Of a stretch of 64,000 nt of DNA, positions 1 through 11,542 are shown in pieces. Position 1 is the stretch's first letter; each line of letters begins with the position of its first letter. This DNA is from Marsupella aquatica (Eukaryota; Plantae; Marchantiophyta). Where the stretch lies: the NCBI GenBank assembly GCA_973895155.1, contig OZ316896.1, forward strand, positions 12,752,549 to 12,816,548, given 5' to 3'. Both the position numbers and the translations under genes were made by a program. A model generated the notes under the pieces. The model searched no databases. It was not told the origin of the DNA and saw nothing but the letters and a program-made list of their open reading frames with translations.

Positions 1-1323
1 ATTTTTCCTTAGTGTTTACTGTGCAACTGTCCAGCCGCTCTTCTGTACAAACAGTGAATTCCTTTCGACTCTTCAGCAAGCATGGTGACATACTTTCGAA
101 CCATCTTTGCAGCTAAAGAACAGTATTTTGCACAATGTCATCTATGCTTGCCTAGGGTACCTGACTCCAGTGGTGTAATGGATGTCGATGCTTTCGATGC
201 TTGTCTACACCCTACGAAGGCCCTTCACTTCATTTGTTGGAGACGGTGCTCTATTCTCTTAAAAGCCGTATTCTATATTTGGCAAGGTTTCGTGGAAAAG
301 TCACGCTGAAGATTGTCCGACTCCCATAGCCATCACTCGTCTACAGCTTACAATCACAATTCTGGAGCAAACTAAACACATGGCTTACGGAAGAACAGGA
401 AATTTAGTTCAAACCAGGAATGTGACTAAATATATTTGGACACTCGCTTCGCAAGTAATTCTTCCTAACAAGTGATTTATCCTCAAATATAGATTTTGAT
501 GTCAGGTGAAAGGAATCAATGTAGCGCTGCACGCAGTGCCTCGAGTAAGCTACAAAGATGGACCCGGACGGTCGTCGTCTATCCTACATGGAACCATACA
601 CAGAGCTTCACGTTGTCAGCACACCAGTATTTGAATGCAGCCACGCGTAGCAAGTTACCAAGCAGTTGCTACTTGGAAGTAGGGTGTCTGAACGCTGCAT
701 TCTCCGACAATCTCGACGACAGCTCCTCGAAGGGAGATATTACGCTACGATTCAGCAGGAAGAGAGATATCACAAGACATCGTGATCGGACCACACTTAC
801 ATCTAACGATTCCTTCCGTTTCAGGCTCATTGCTTATGATGATTTCTCGTTGAACGTTGAAAGTCCTTGGGTAAAGTCCACTTGCATGATGTTCTGTCAA
901 CTAAACTAAAAGTCTTCAGTTTAGATGACACCACTTTGCTTGGTGGCATTTCATCGGGACTCAATCCGAGGCTAATCCAGGAAACCTAGTGTATTGTTCA
1001 GATACCTTCCGCTGCTGTCCGTGGTCAGCCTCCACCTCCGGACATTGCCACGCCGTAGGAGGCGTGACGTCCGATGGCAGTTGCTCAGGTTTTGAGGAGA
1101 GCAACTGCCGACGGATTTGAAACACGCTTTCTTCACGATCAACGCTAACTTTGCAGACAGCTTCCTAAAAGATGCTGGCAGTACAAACGCAAGCGATTGA
1201 GTACTACCAGAGTCTTTTGGGAGGCTGTATACACAGCCGATCAGTCGGGGGAGCCTGCCTCCTCAGATTCTCCTCTCCAGGTGCAGCCAACAAAACGAAG
1301 CGGCCATATCGAGATATCGACAA

Positions 1324-1955
1324 CTTCAGAGCAGAAATTTCATTAAAACTCGGATCAGAAGAAGGGAACCCATCAAAACAGGGAACTGCCTGTTCACACA
1401 CACGGCACCAAGCAATCAAACTATCACAGCATCAAAGGTCGGGGGAGGGGCGGCGGGCCCATCGCGGAAAGGCATCGGGTGTTCCGTAGTAGCGATCATC
1501 GCGAAGGGATCTAGAGCGAGATAACTCGCAAGGACGAGGAGCTGCTGGAGCCGTGTCGACAGCTTCGGAGAGAGAAAGTTCCTTCGAACTTGGATCAGAA
1601 GAAGTGGAACCAAAGCACACACAGAGCTGCCGGTTCACACGGCACGACTCAATCGGCCAAACGGGGCACAGAAACGCGCTTCTAACAACAAGGACGAGAA
1701 CCTTGTGGAGCTCTACATCCACAGTTCGGAGGAGAAATTCCTCTCAGACTCGGACCCGAAGAAGTGAAACCAATGCAAGCAGAAGCTGTCTGTTCACATG
1801 GCACTAAGCCATCGACCGAAACACCAACGACGGCAATGGCGATCACGAGAAGCTGATGGAGCTCTATATACTCAACTTCGGAGGAGAAATTTCTTTGGGA
1901 CTGGGATCAGAAGAAGTGGAACCGAAGGCAACAGACGACTGTCAGTTCACACACC
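1324..1955 (+). repeat. Degenerate 4-copy repeat (spacing about 150-240 bp)
   Basis: Core cttcggaggagaaatttc...ggatcagaagaagtggaacc...gttcacac recurs at about 1324, 1563, 1725 and 1876. Confidence 0.75.
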
Positions 1956-2088
1956 TCTAAGGGGGGGACTTTACAGTTACTCGGGGGTAGCAGATCTTTT
2001 TTCTGTATGTGAGATGCAATCCGAGCTGTTCAAATAAGGGTTTCTATGCTGAGCTGCAATCCTAGCCATTCAAATAATTTAAATTAAA

Positions 2089-2325
2089 TTTTAAGTATTT
2101 CACCACTAAAGATATTCTAATTGACAATACTTCCATTGTTTTTTTATATTTATAAAATACCACCTTTTTTTTTGTATATATGAAAATGTCACAGTTTCAT
2201 ATATGGATGACAAGGTTACCAAGGTAACCAGGGAACTATAAACTAAAAATGGTGTCATTTTTCTAAATAGAAAAAAAATGGAAATATTGCAAATTCAAAA
2301 ATATTTAGTGGCAATGTACTTAAAA
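2089..2325. mobile_element. AT-rich foldback/MITE-like element
   Basis: Imperfect inverted ends: ttttaagtatttcaccactaaagatatt (2089-) versus aatatttagtggcaatgtacttaaaa (-2325). Complementarity continues inward. A ~48-bp direct repeat (ttcaaataagggtttctatg...cctagccattcaaata) flanks it at about 2029 and 2333. Confidence 0.55.
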
Positions 2326-3817
2326 GTTGTAATTCAAATAAGGGTTTCTATGTGTGAGATGCAATCCTAGCCATTCAAATAGGGAACAAGCAGGACTTCA
2401 CTATACATGAACTTGGGGGCTTGGGGGCACAAGCAGGCAAAACTAATCTACCAAACCTAGTCATGTAAGTAGTGTGAAGACAAAGGCCCTCTTGTGTACT
2501 ATTTTTATGGTACAGACCTCCATGTTGGACACTTGTGTTAGTGTGGACCACATTTTGGTGGTCTACGGGAGTTTTGGGCTTATAAAATTGATAATGATGA
2601 GTCTTAAAATAGTTTTTTAGTTTTTCACCTCCAAGAAACCACAAGTCTGGATGGACACATATGTTTGGCAAAATGCCCGGATGGACATAGACAACCTGGA
2701 TGAACACAACTTGAACTACATATTTTGCTTGTACTTTGCTAAGAAGCTATCTAATCCTATATAATGCACAGGTCTCTTGGGCAGATATTTAATCATGGGC
2801 TGAATGCTCTCGGGGCATTTCAGCTCGTGGTCCATGTCTGGGCCCACTTCATGTTTCAAGCCAGCCTTTTGCAGACCCTGCGTTAAATCTATGTCAGTTG
2901 TACAAGCAGAACATAAACCACGACACATGTCGTTCAAATCACTTGGTTTGTAGATCATAAATATAGTGTATTGGTTTATGTTCTGGTGTATGAACAACAT
3001 TAACTTGACATATATTTAACACACAATCTTTTGTAGCCAGTGCATCCATGATTGAGAATCAGCAGCCACTGTATTTGGGAACTGTATGACATTTGGGATC
3101 ATAAATATAGTGTATACGGATCAGAGACATTTTGCAGCTCATACAGTGCCAATTCCTTGTAGTGAAAACAATCACCCACAAATGGCAGTCACAAAATTTG
3201 AGATCTTGCAGCCAGTGTATCTTGTTCATGCAATCAAGCCTTCCATCAAAACACATTGAATACAATAGAGGAATGGGAGTAGGGCATCATCCTGCACCCA
3301 GTGGCTGATACCTTTTTGGCTGATACCTTTTTGGTGCTTCTTTTGGTGCTTCTTGTAGCCTACTGGTGCCCCTCATCGCCAACTCAATCCTGTCTTGGTG
3401 CTTGTCAATTCTCTAGTGGTAAATAGAGTAGCTGACTGGTGCTTCTCAGAGCCGTCTGGTGCTTCTCATAGCCAACTCCATTTTTCAACTTGGTGCTTCT
3501 CGAGAGTCCATTGTGCTTCTCATGGCTGACTGTAATGTCACGCCCCTTTGCAATCCTCGCCAAGTTGCGACCCTTGGCAGCCAGCTCATTGGGTGGCGGA
3601 ATGAAAACCATGGAGTAACCCAATGGAATTAGCTTTCCTTAATGGGAGACGGTAATCCATGCATGTTAGGGGTGTAATTGGTAATTGGTCTCATAGTGTC
3701 CCAAGGCTGTGTCCATCAAGGCTAGAACTAGAGAAGGAGGAGACAAAAAAACAAAACAAAGCCTTAATATTTCATATTAACACAATAAAAATTAATCTAA
3801 TAGAATTTACCCCTCCT

Positions 3818-3982
3818 AGCCCATAGAGGCATGACTTTGTGGTAACTCACTTGAGTAGAGACTGATAGGTCTTGGGTTCAACTGTTGTGGGCTGATTGTT
3901 CCCAACTATTGTGACGGACTCTTCCCTTTCTATGGGGTTTCACAAATTTCCCTTTGAAAAAAAATATGATAAAATAAAATAA
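3818..3982 (+). mobile_element. tRNA-derived SINE, copy 1
   Basis: The head agcccatagaggcatgactttgtggtaactcacttgagtagagactgataggtcttgggttcaac matches the copy at 39606. B-box-like GGTTCAAC, A-rich tail, and imperfect TSD aatttacccctcct (3804-3817) / aatttaccctccct (3983-3996). Confidence 0.7.
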
Positions 3983-6900
3983 AATTTACCCTCCCTATTC
4001 CATGATGAATACTCAACCAAAACCCCGACCAAGACCAAAATCTTCACTTTCGCTTTGATGGAAGTGTAGCTGACCTACTCCTCTAGCACATCCTCAAAAC
4101 TAAAAAATATTTGAATTTACGAGCATCGAGTTATTACAATTAAACTCAAATTTTGGGAAATGTGGTCCATGGGGGTTTCAAAAGACCAACCTTGTGGTCC
4201 ATGGGAACATCATTTTCTCATTACAAATAGTTGAGAAGTTAAAGAAATATTTAAACATTTTTGTAGAATATAGGTGAACTCAATTAATTGTAATTTATTG
4301 GGAGAGGAGTTAATAATGGTTATCAAGTTTTGAGATGGTCACTAATTAATGTGGGGACACAGCGCCAAGGCAAAATCTTTGTCGTGGTTGGCATGATTAA
4401 ATTATCTCGGCATTCATTTGTATTTTCTCAATCTGTGTCCTTCAATGAGTACACTTATGTGTGATTTGAAGCAAGTTTCTGTTGGCATACCAGTAAATGC
4501 CATCAGTTGATGCATTTCAAGGTAGGTTTAATTATAAGCACAAAGTTCAATCTGGACAAGATCAGATTTTATGTCAATAGGGGTTAATGTATGGAAATTG
4601 AGTGATTGTTAGGGAAACCACAACTCCTATCCTTCTGCTAATTTTTTTGTGGCTTTTATTGGTGACCGCTGTTAAAACTCTGAGTCAACTCCAATTTGGC
4701 CAAAACTGTTAGACCTACTTTAGGGGGGAAAGCTAAAGAGTTGCGACGCTTCATTCAACCAATCATGAAAAGAACAGATTCCGTTTCTTTGACCAAAACT
4801 GAGTTTTCTACTGGTCAGCCCTCGTTGCTCTCGGGAATCTGTGAACAGGCCCTTGTGGATCCCTTCATTTTGCCGATGTGTACATTTTTTGGGGTCAAAA
4901 CTTAGACCTCCTCTTGAGGTGTTCTTAAAGACTTGAGCAAGCAGCAGCTTCTATTCGGAGCATTGATTTATTTTCGCCAGACCTGACACATTTTGGCTCA
5001 GACATTTTAAATTTAGCATATAGAACTGGCCATCAGCTTTGCTTTGATGGAGTGACACTGGACTGCCCTCACCATCTTGTAAGCCCCCATAAGCAATCCA
5101 CCAAAGAGCAAGAGAACGCACGTCATGGCAAATTGGGTAGCAATGTTTGCCGGCATGACAAAATCATGATAAGTACCATGAAACCCTCACAAGAGGGTGC
5201 TATGGCTTATTACGGCTGTGGGTATTTTTTTAAGGTTTTTTCTGTTGAGCTTTATACTAACCTGTCCCCACAAACTACCAGTATTTAGTTATGGCGTCCC
5301 TAAACTAGTTTGTTTCCTAACCAGACCCCCATTTTGTGTATGAGAGCTAACTTGACTTTTGTTCTGGTTGGTGCAAGTCCTTGTGTTGTCACATGGTGCA
5401 ACGCCAATGGCTGTAGGCTTAAACCAATCTCCCTCTTGCCCCATACTACTGGCCAACCGTTTGAGGCTGACAAGTGAAGCCAAATCCTTCTTCAGTGTGG
5501 AAAAAATGAGGCCGAAAATGATGTATTATTTACAAAATTGTAATATTTTGTCACAAACTTATCTGTCTTGAACTTCCGCCAGCAGCATGGGGGAAGAGAG
5601 AGAGATTGGCGGGTTAAGCATGCAGCCATTGGCACCTCACTACGGGGCAGCGGGAGGCCCTGCACCATCAGAACGGAGGCCAAGTGAGCTCTGCTGAGTT
5701 GAGTCAACACTACCTTATATACCAAATAGGTGTCAGGTTCGCATTTAAATTAATTTAGGAGACACCTTACTAAGCTTCAGTAGTTTAGGGGATAGGTTAG
5801 TAAAAAGTAGTTGAGTTTTCTCTTACCTTAGGGTGACAAATGTCACCTTTTGAAAGAGGGGGGGGCAAATGCTAAGAATATTCAATATCAAATTTAACTA
5901 TATTAGTTTTCTGAACATTAGATATTGCTAGATTTAAGGATAAACATTAGATTCTAGCTTCTGGGATCTGTGGCTAGCCTGTGTAAAACTGGCTATTGTA
6001 ATGGACAACAAACAACCTAGTGAATTTTTGCCAAAAGTGTCAAAGCCTTTTGAGAGAGGTGGAATCTCTTGAGTTCTTGCCCCTGGCCCCCAGCATTATT
6101 AATAATGGGCTGGACGTGCGAACAGATGAAGGGTGCAAAAAATCTGATTTGAGATTAATTTTTATAATTGGCTTAGAAATATCAAGGAATGGTTTTATTC
6201 AAAGAACCCTTTCTAACTAATATAGGCTTATATAAATGTGACCCAAGTTAATATGCTTCAAGAGGTGATGTAATATGGATGTGACACGTGTCACAATAGG
6301 ATTGGTCCTTGTGGCCACCCTTTATGGGAACATGTGTATATGACATATAATTATGCTTGCAACATCTATGATTCAGAGTAGTTTAGGACTTTGGAGCTTT
6401 TGAACCCTGACTACCCTGCCCTGTGGTTCAGAAATGCCCCAAAGTTGAAGTTTGGGGTTAAAGGGTCACGAACACAAAAATGTATGTACCCAAAACCTTT
6501 CCAAAACACTCCCGTCAGTTTTAGAACCGTTTGCACATGATGAATTTATAACTTTTCAAGGCTTTCATAAATGGTGTAAAATGTAAAATTATAATATCTC
6601 AAAGGGGCAGATTTATTCTCCAAAATTAAGTTTTTAAGAATAACAAGAGAAATTTTTATAGGCTTCCAAAAATAATAAGGGGTACTAGGGAGGGGGGTGT
6701 ACGCACGTATACCTCTTTAGTTTACAAAGGTTGGGGGCCCAGGGGTTTTTGCCACCCAAAAAGTGCTGGTGCCATCCCTAGGGTGATTATGAGTCAGTAG
6801 TCCCCAATTGACTTGGTGGTGGAGGGCTGACATATTCACTCTTCCTGGGAGAGTGAGGCTTGCTGATTTAAGAGTCTATAGACAAATTCCTCTCGGTGAC

Positions 6901-7592
6901 CCTTTTATAGAGTTTTGACCAGGTGGTGGAGGGCTGAGGCATTAGGGCGTCTCAGACCTAGGAAAAGCAGACTTAACGATCGTCGTTAACCCTGCAGTTA
7001 AAGACATTCTCGTAACTCAAATGGTACGCCTAAAATGTTGTCGTTAACATTTGGCCGCAGAAATTGGCCGTTGCCCGTTCCCGCAACAGGGAATAGTAGT
7101 CTTTCCCTGTTTTTGCGGGACACTGCTCCCGACACTACTATTTTGAACCCGGCCCTCCACCATATCTCACTTTCATTCTGCGCTGGTTTTCTTCGAGCAT
7201 TGTCGAAAGTCACTGCCGGTAAAGCTTTGTTGGAGAGGTGGACGTCGGCATTGCTGCAGCTGTTTGCAATAGAGGTGGACGTCGCTTTGTTGGAGAGGTG
7301 GACATCGCTGCAACAGAGTGCTGAAGCTCTTTTGCGCCCACACTCAGTATTGACCCGGGAGATTGGAATGCGCATATAGGACTGCGGAGGGCGTCAGTGC
7401 ATAGACGATTGAGGAGATTGAGCTGGGGATTGAGCTTGAGGTTGCATTTGAAGCTTGAAGCAGGGCAAAAAATTAAGTGAGTTACCGTCCATCATTCTAG
7501 TGCCCTTCGGTTTACACTATTTGTGATATGAGAATCAGACGGACAAATTCATGTGATTGTTTTCGTAGTTTTGCAAGGCAAAGGATTTATTT

Positions 7593-8075
7593 TTGAGTGC
7601 AATGGTGTTGTACACATCGTTAGCTCAAGTTGAAGATTACAGAGTGAATGGACATACGATTGCTCAAGTGCCTACACTAGCCTACATTGCAAACTTTGTT
7701 GCTGAAAATCTTTATCCTAAAAAATTCATGTACATGTCATGTCCAGCACTAATGCCAACAGGACATCTATGTGGGAAGTCATTAGAGTTTGGTCACAACT
7801 GTCAGCATTCCTCGTTGTTTGGAAAACCAAAATTCAGATTTCATCTTATTTTGTTTGGTGCTGTCTATGGAGGGGTTCCGCCCATCCGTGCTAAAATATG
7901 GGATGCAACTGAGACTATCTTGGATTGCTCTCCATGTGAGTTTGCAAGTTGTTCAGAATCTGAGCAGATTGCCTACGTTCTGTCATTGACTCAAGTCACA
8001 CCTGTGGTTGAAGTTATCTTCAAAATTCCTGATCATGAAATCCATGTGAAGAGAATTCAATTAGTAATTCACTGA
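7593..8075 (+). pseudogene. RPA70 C-terminal-like (zinc-ribbon OB-fold) gene inside the transposon, truncated at about 8050
   Basis: FMYMSCP...CGKSL...NCQH...KFRFHLIL...IRAKIWDATETILDCSPCEF resembles the Rep_fac-A_C pattern (YxACxxCxKK..C..C..RYxL..D.T..F...AE.ILG). The last few codons overlap antisense retroelement sequence. Confidence 0.6.
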
Positions 8076-11000
8076 TCTCTTTCTCAAGCTTAGGTGCTAG
8101 GTCCCGCCCCAAGTTCAGTTCCCTTCCTTCTCCTAAGTCGAGCTTCCGGTATTGCCGTGCTTGGATCATATTAATCTGCTTCTTCAAATTTGGGTCCAGC
8201 CCGGCCTCCAGCCTCTCCAGTCTCATACCTCCATAGACTAGAATCTTGGCTGTACTAGCCGAGTCGGTTGACTTAATTTCTCCATTTTTATCCGCAGACT
8301 GTTCCCTTGTCGGTCTATTCGGTTTTGAATTGGTTGTCGGCTTCCCTTCCCGACTCGGCTCTGGGTTGTTTCTGCGTATTTCATCCATTCTTGCTTCTTG
8401 AGGGTCAGGCCGTTGTGCTCTTCCGGCTTCTAGTAGGGCCTCAATTTGTTCTGCCCTTGTGATTGGTTTGTAAGCCGATCCCCTTGTATTTAATTTGTTG
8501 CTGATGATCGATGGCGTTGTGGATCCCGTCGGCTCTGCCACAACGACTGAGGAAAATCCACTGTCCGTGCTGCAGCTCCCCACCTAGCCGTTTCATCCAA
8601 CTGGTCCACCTCTTTTACTTCCTCCAAAATTGAAGCTAAAAAGGTGGATTCTATTGTAAAGCAGTCCTCGGTCTCTTCTTCGCCCTCCTCCAAGCTACTC
8701 TCCATAGGCTCTTGCCATAGTCCGTTGGGGGGCACCTCTGATCCAAAGACACTTTCTTTGGTTAGGTCAGTGAGGCATTCTAGCCAACGTACTTCATCGA
8801 TTGACTCCAGTCCACTGTCGTACCCATCTACTTCCCTGATGCTTTTCCTACGGTCATCCTTAGTGTCCCAGGATATCATGATAGAAGGGGTCCCAAAAGA
8901 GAACTCCTTCTTACCCCAATCTTCTATTACCTTGGCTAGGTACAACCATGGCCTGCCAATTAATAGTCGGAATGACGTAGGGTTCACTGGTTTCATCACT
9001 ACATAGTTAATGCTAAAGAAGATACCTCCTATCTCAGTCTTGATGCCGGTTAACACCCCCGTGGGAATGACTTGATACCCATTGGCCATGTTTAACACTC
9101 TTCCAGTCATCTCCGGTGTTAGACCCCATCCTTTTGCTGTTGAATCAATCATAATATATACCCCGGATCCTCCATCAATGGGCACCCGCAGTAATATTTC
9201 TCCTTGAATCATTAATGGTAATGCTGGGGCTCCTTGATCTTCTCCTATCATCAACACGTCGGATCTGGTTGCTACCTTGGGTAATCTCGGCTTGCCGAGA
9301 ACTGCCTTCCTTAACTGTTTCTGAAAGTACGGGCTATTTTTCAACAGTTGACCTACTGTTGCCGAGACTCTAGATTCTAGTACATCTTTAGCCAGGTCAT
9401 ATGGGACTATCGGCTTCTCGTCTGGTGGTGTCTCCATCTTGGTTTCGGCCTGTTTCTTCACGCTAGTTTCCACAGCCGTTGGTTCTTCCAAAGCAAACAA
9501 TGCTTTTGCTCATTCCACATCCTTGGCTATGGCTTCGATATTCTCCAGGGTTTCTAATTCTCAGAGTTGTTCTTTAACACTAGCCGTAATAGAGGGGTAG
9601 AACAACTTAGGGTGATCTTGGTTGAAGTCGCTGTCCTGTGAAGGATTGGGGTCACTGGTGAGCTCATGGCTTACCTGTGTTGCCGGCGCCTTTCCTTCCC
9701 CTTCCGTTGATGTTGCCGAAGAGTTGATCCTTTCTTCCTTAACCTTCCCTTTATTTTTGGCCAGCCCATCCCACCTTTCCTTCCTTCTGGTGGATCGAGT
9801 AGAGACCCGGTAGCAATCCTGGTCCAAATCTTCTTCTGAGAATGTTGATAAGGCCTCGGCCTCATCATCAGATGGTCTGAACTCTGCCTCGGCATCCGTT
9901 TGCCATCCGAGTTCGATGTGGTTGATTTGAACTCCTCCTAGTGTAGTACCTGGCGGTAAAACCTTGACTGGCAAGAGCTTATGATTTGCGGCCAGGCCTG
10001 CCAACCAAGTAGGACATTGTCCTAGCATGTGACCCTCCTGTCGGCATCCCATACATAGCTGAGCTAGTTGCCCATCACCTTGTTTGCGTGCATTCAGGCA
10101 TTCTCTAGCAAAATGGCCAGGTTGACCACAATTATAGCATGCCGCAAATCTTTGCACATTCAGCCTAGGAGGTACTGACGGATTCTGAATAATCCGAGGA
10201 TACATCTCTCCTGGATTGTTCCTTAATCCTGACCAGAGAGATGCAGGTCGGTTGGATAGATCTCGTGCTCCAGTCTCATTGATGCCGAAAACACTATCAG
10301 CAACATCTCCTAGGAAGTACTCTACTTCTCCCTAACACGGTCTGACCTCGGCCACATGCCGAACATGACTGGTATTAAGTTTAGGACATGCATCTTTATG
10401 GTGTCCAGTTTTATAACATAAGGCACACCATACAGAGCTATCCTCCTGTACTACCTTCTTCTTTGGCTTTATCTCTGCTATGATAGCCTTAAGCTGCTCG
10501 GTAAGAGCTACGATGTTATCTGATTGGCATTTTAGCCTCTAGTTTGACTTTCAACTTCCCCCTCCTTCTACCCTTCATTTTCCTAGATTTTTCTTCTTCA
10601 AAACTAGAAGATGACTCACCCTTGCTACTTCCACTATCCGAGCTTGAGTTATCACTTCTTGACTTCTTAGAATGTTTCTTTTTCTTATCTTTTTTCTTAT
10701 GGGGTGATCCTTCCTCCGATGAGGAACTCTCAGACTTAAGCTATTTCTTCCGGCTTGTGATATCTGCATTAATGTATAATTGAATATCCTTAATTGCCTC
10801 GGCCAAGGTCTCTGGGTTCTCCTTCCTAATTGCAAAACTTATCTTTTGTGGCAAAGCATTCACCAACCATTGAAGTTGCATACCTTCAGATGCATTGGTT
10901 TTTGTACGTCTTACCAACTTTTGGAAGCGTTGCAAGAACTTCCTGAAGGATTTGTTCTCCTTGAACCGAAGTCATCCCAACTTCAGCACTGCTAACTCTG

Positions 11001-11295
11001 AAGTTCCAATGGGTCAAAACTCTTTGACAAATAGTGATCTGAAGGTATTCCAGCTGGCTTGATCTTCCACATCCAATGCTCTATACCAAGGCCTAGCCTC
11101 ACCCTTGAACAGGTTGGGAAGAATTTGCATTTTGATGGTTGATTCTCCATTTGCTACAGCGGTTCCTTCAAAGTCATCCAACCATTCGTCCGGATCCTCA
11201 TCTCCTCTCCCATGAAAGGCCTTGTAGTGAATGCGTGACCGTTGGCTCAGTCTGGTCCCTGGCCTCTTGTCTGGCCGTGCCTCTGGTTCCCCCAT
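8050..11295 (-). pseudogene. Disrupted gag-protease polyprotein
   Basis: Gag start FHGRGDEDPDEWLDDFE; three CCHC knuckles (CALCYKTGHHKDAC, CYNCGQPGHFAREC, CMGCRQEGHMLGQC); protease motif VPIDGGSGVYIM. Split into several ORFs by stops and frameshifts. Confidence 0.88.
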
Positions 11296-11520
11296 GTTGG
11301 TTGGGGACTCACTTCTCCTGACCGACTCTTCTTCTGGTATTTCTTCTTCGATGCCACTTTCAGTTACGGAGTTACCAGCTCTTTCTGCCCCTCTCAGTCG
11401 CTATGTATCATGCCACCCGACGAGCTCTCTCCCGTTGAATCGCTCTTTCCTCCCTCGGCGTAGGTTCAGTCATTACCTACGCTTCCTTCCTAACTTCATA
11501 TCTCACGGCGTAAGAAATGC

Positions 11521-11538
11521 CCCCTCCATCTAGCGCCA
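11521..11538 (-). other. Primer-binding site of the Gypsy element
   Basis: TGGCGCTAGATGGAGGGG on the - strand, 4 nt after ...GCACCACA (LTR end at 11543) and upstream of gag. Confidence 0.8.
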
Positions 11539-11542
11539 AAAA

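Noticed and set aside
7593-8075. Helitron as the source of the RPA-like ORF
   Set aside because: I saw no Rep/helicase fragment or Helitron 3' hairpin-CTRR end nearby; this is not fully excluded because of the adjacent deletion.
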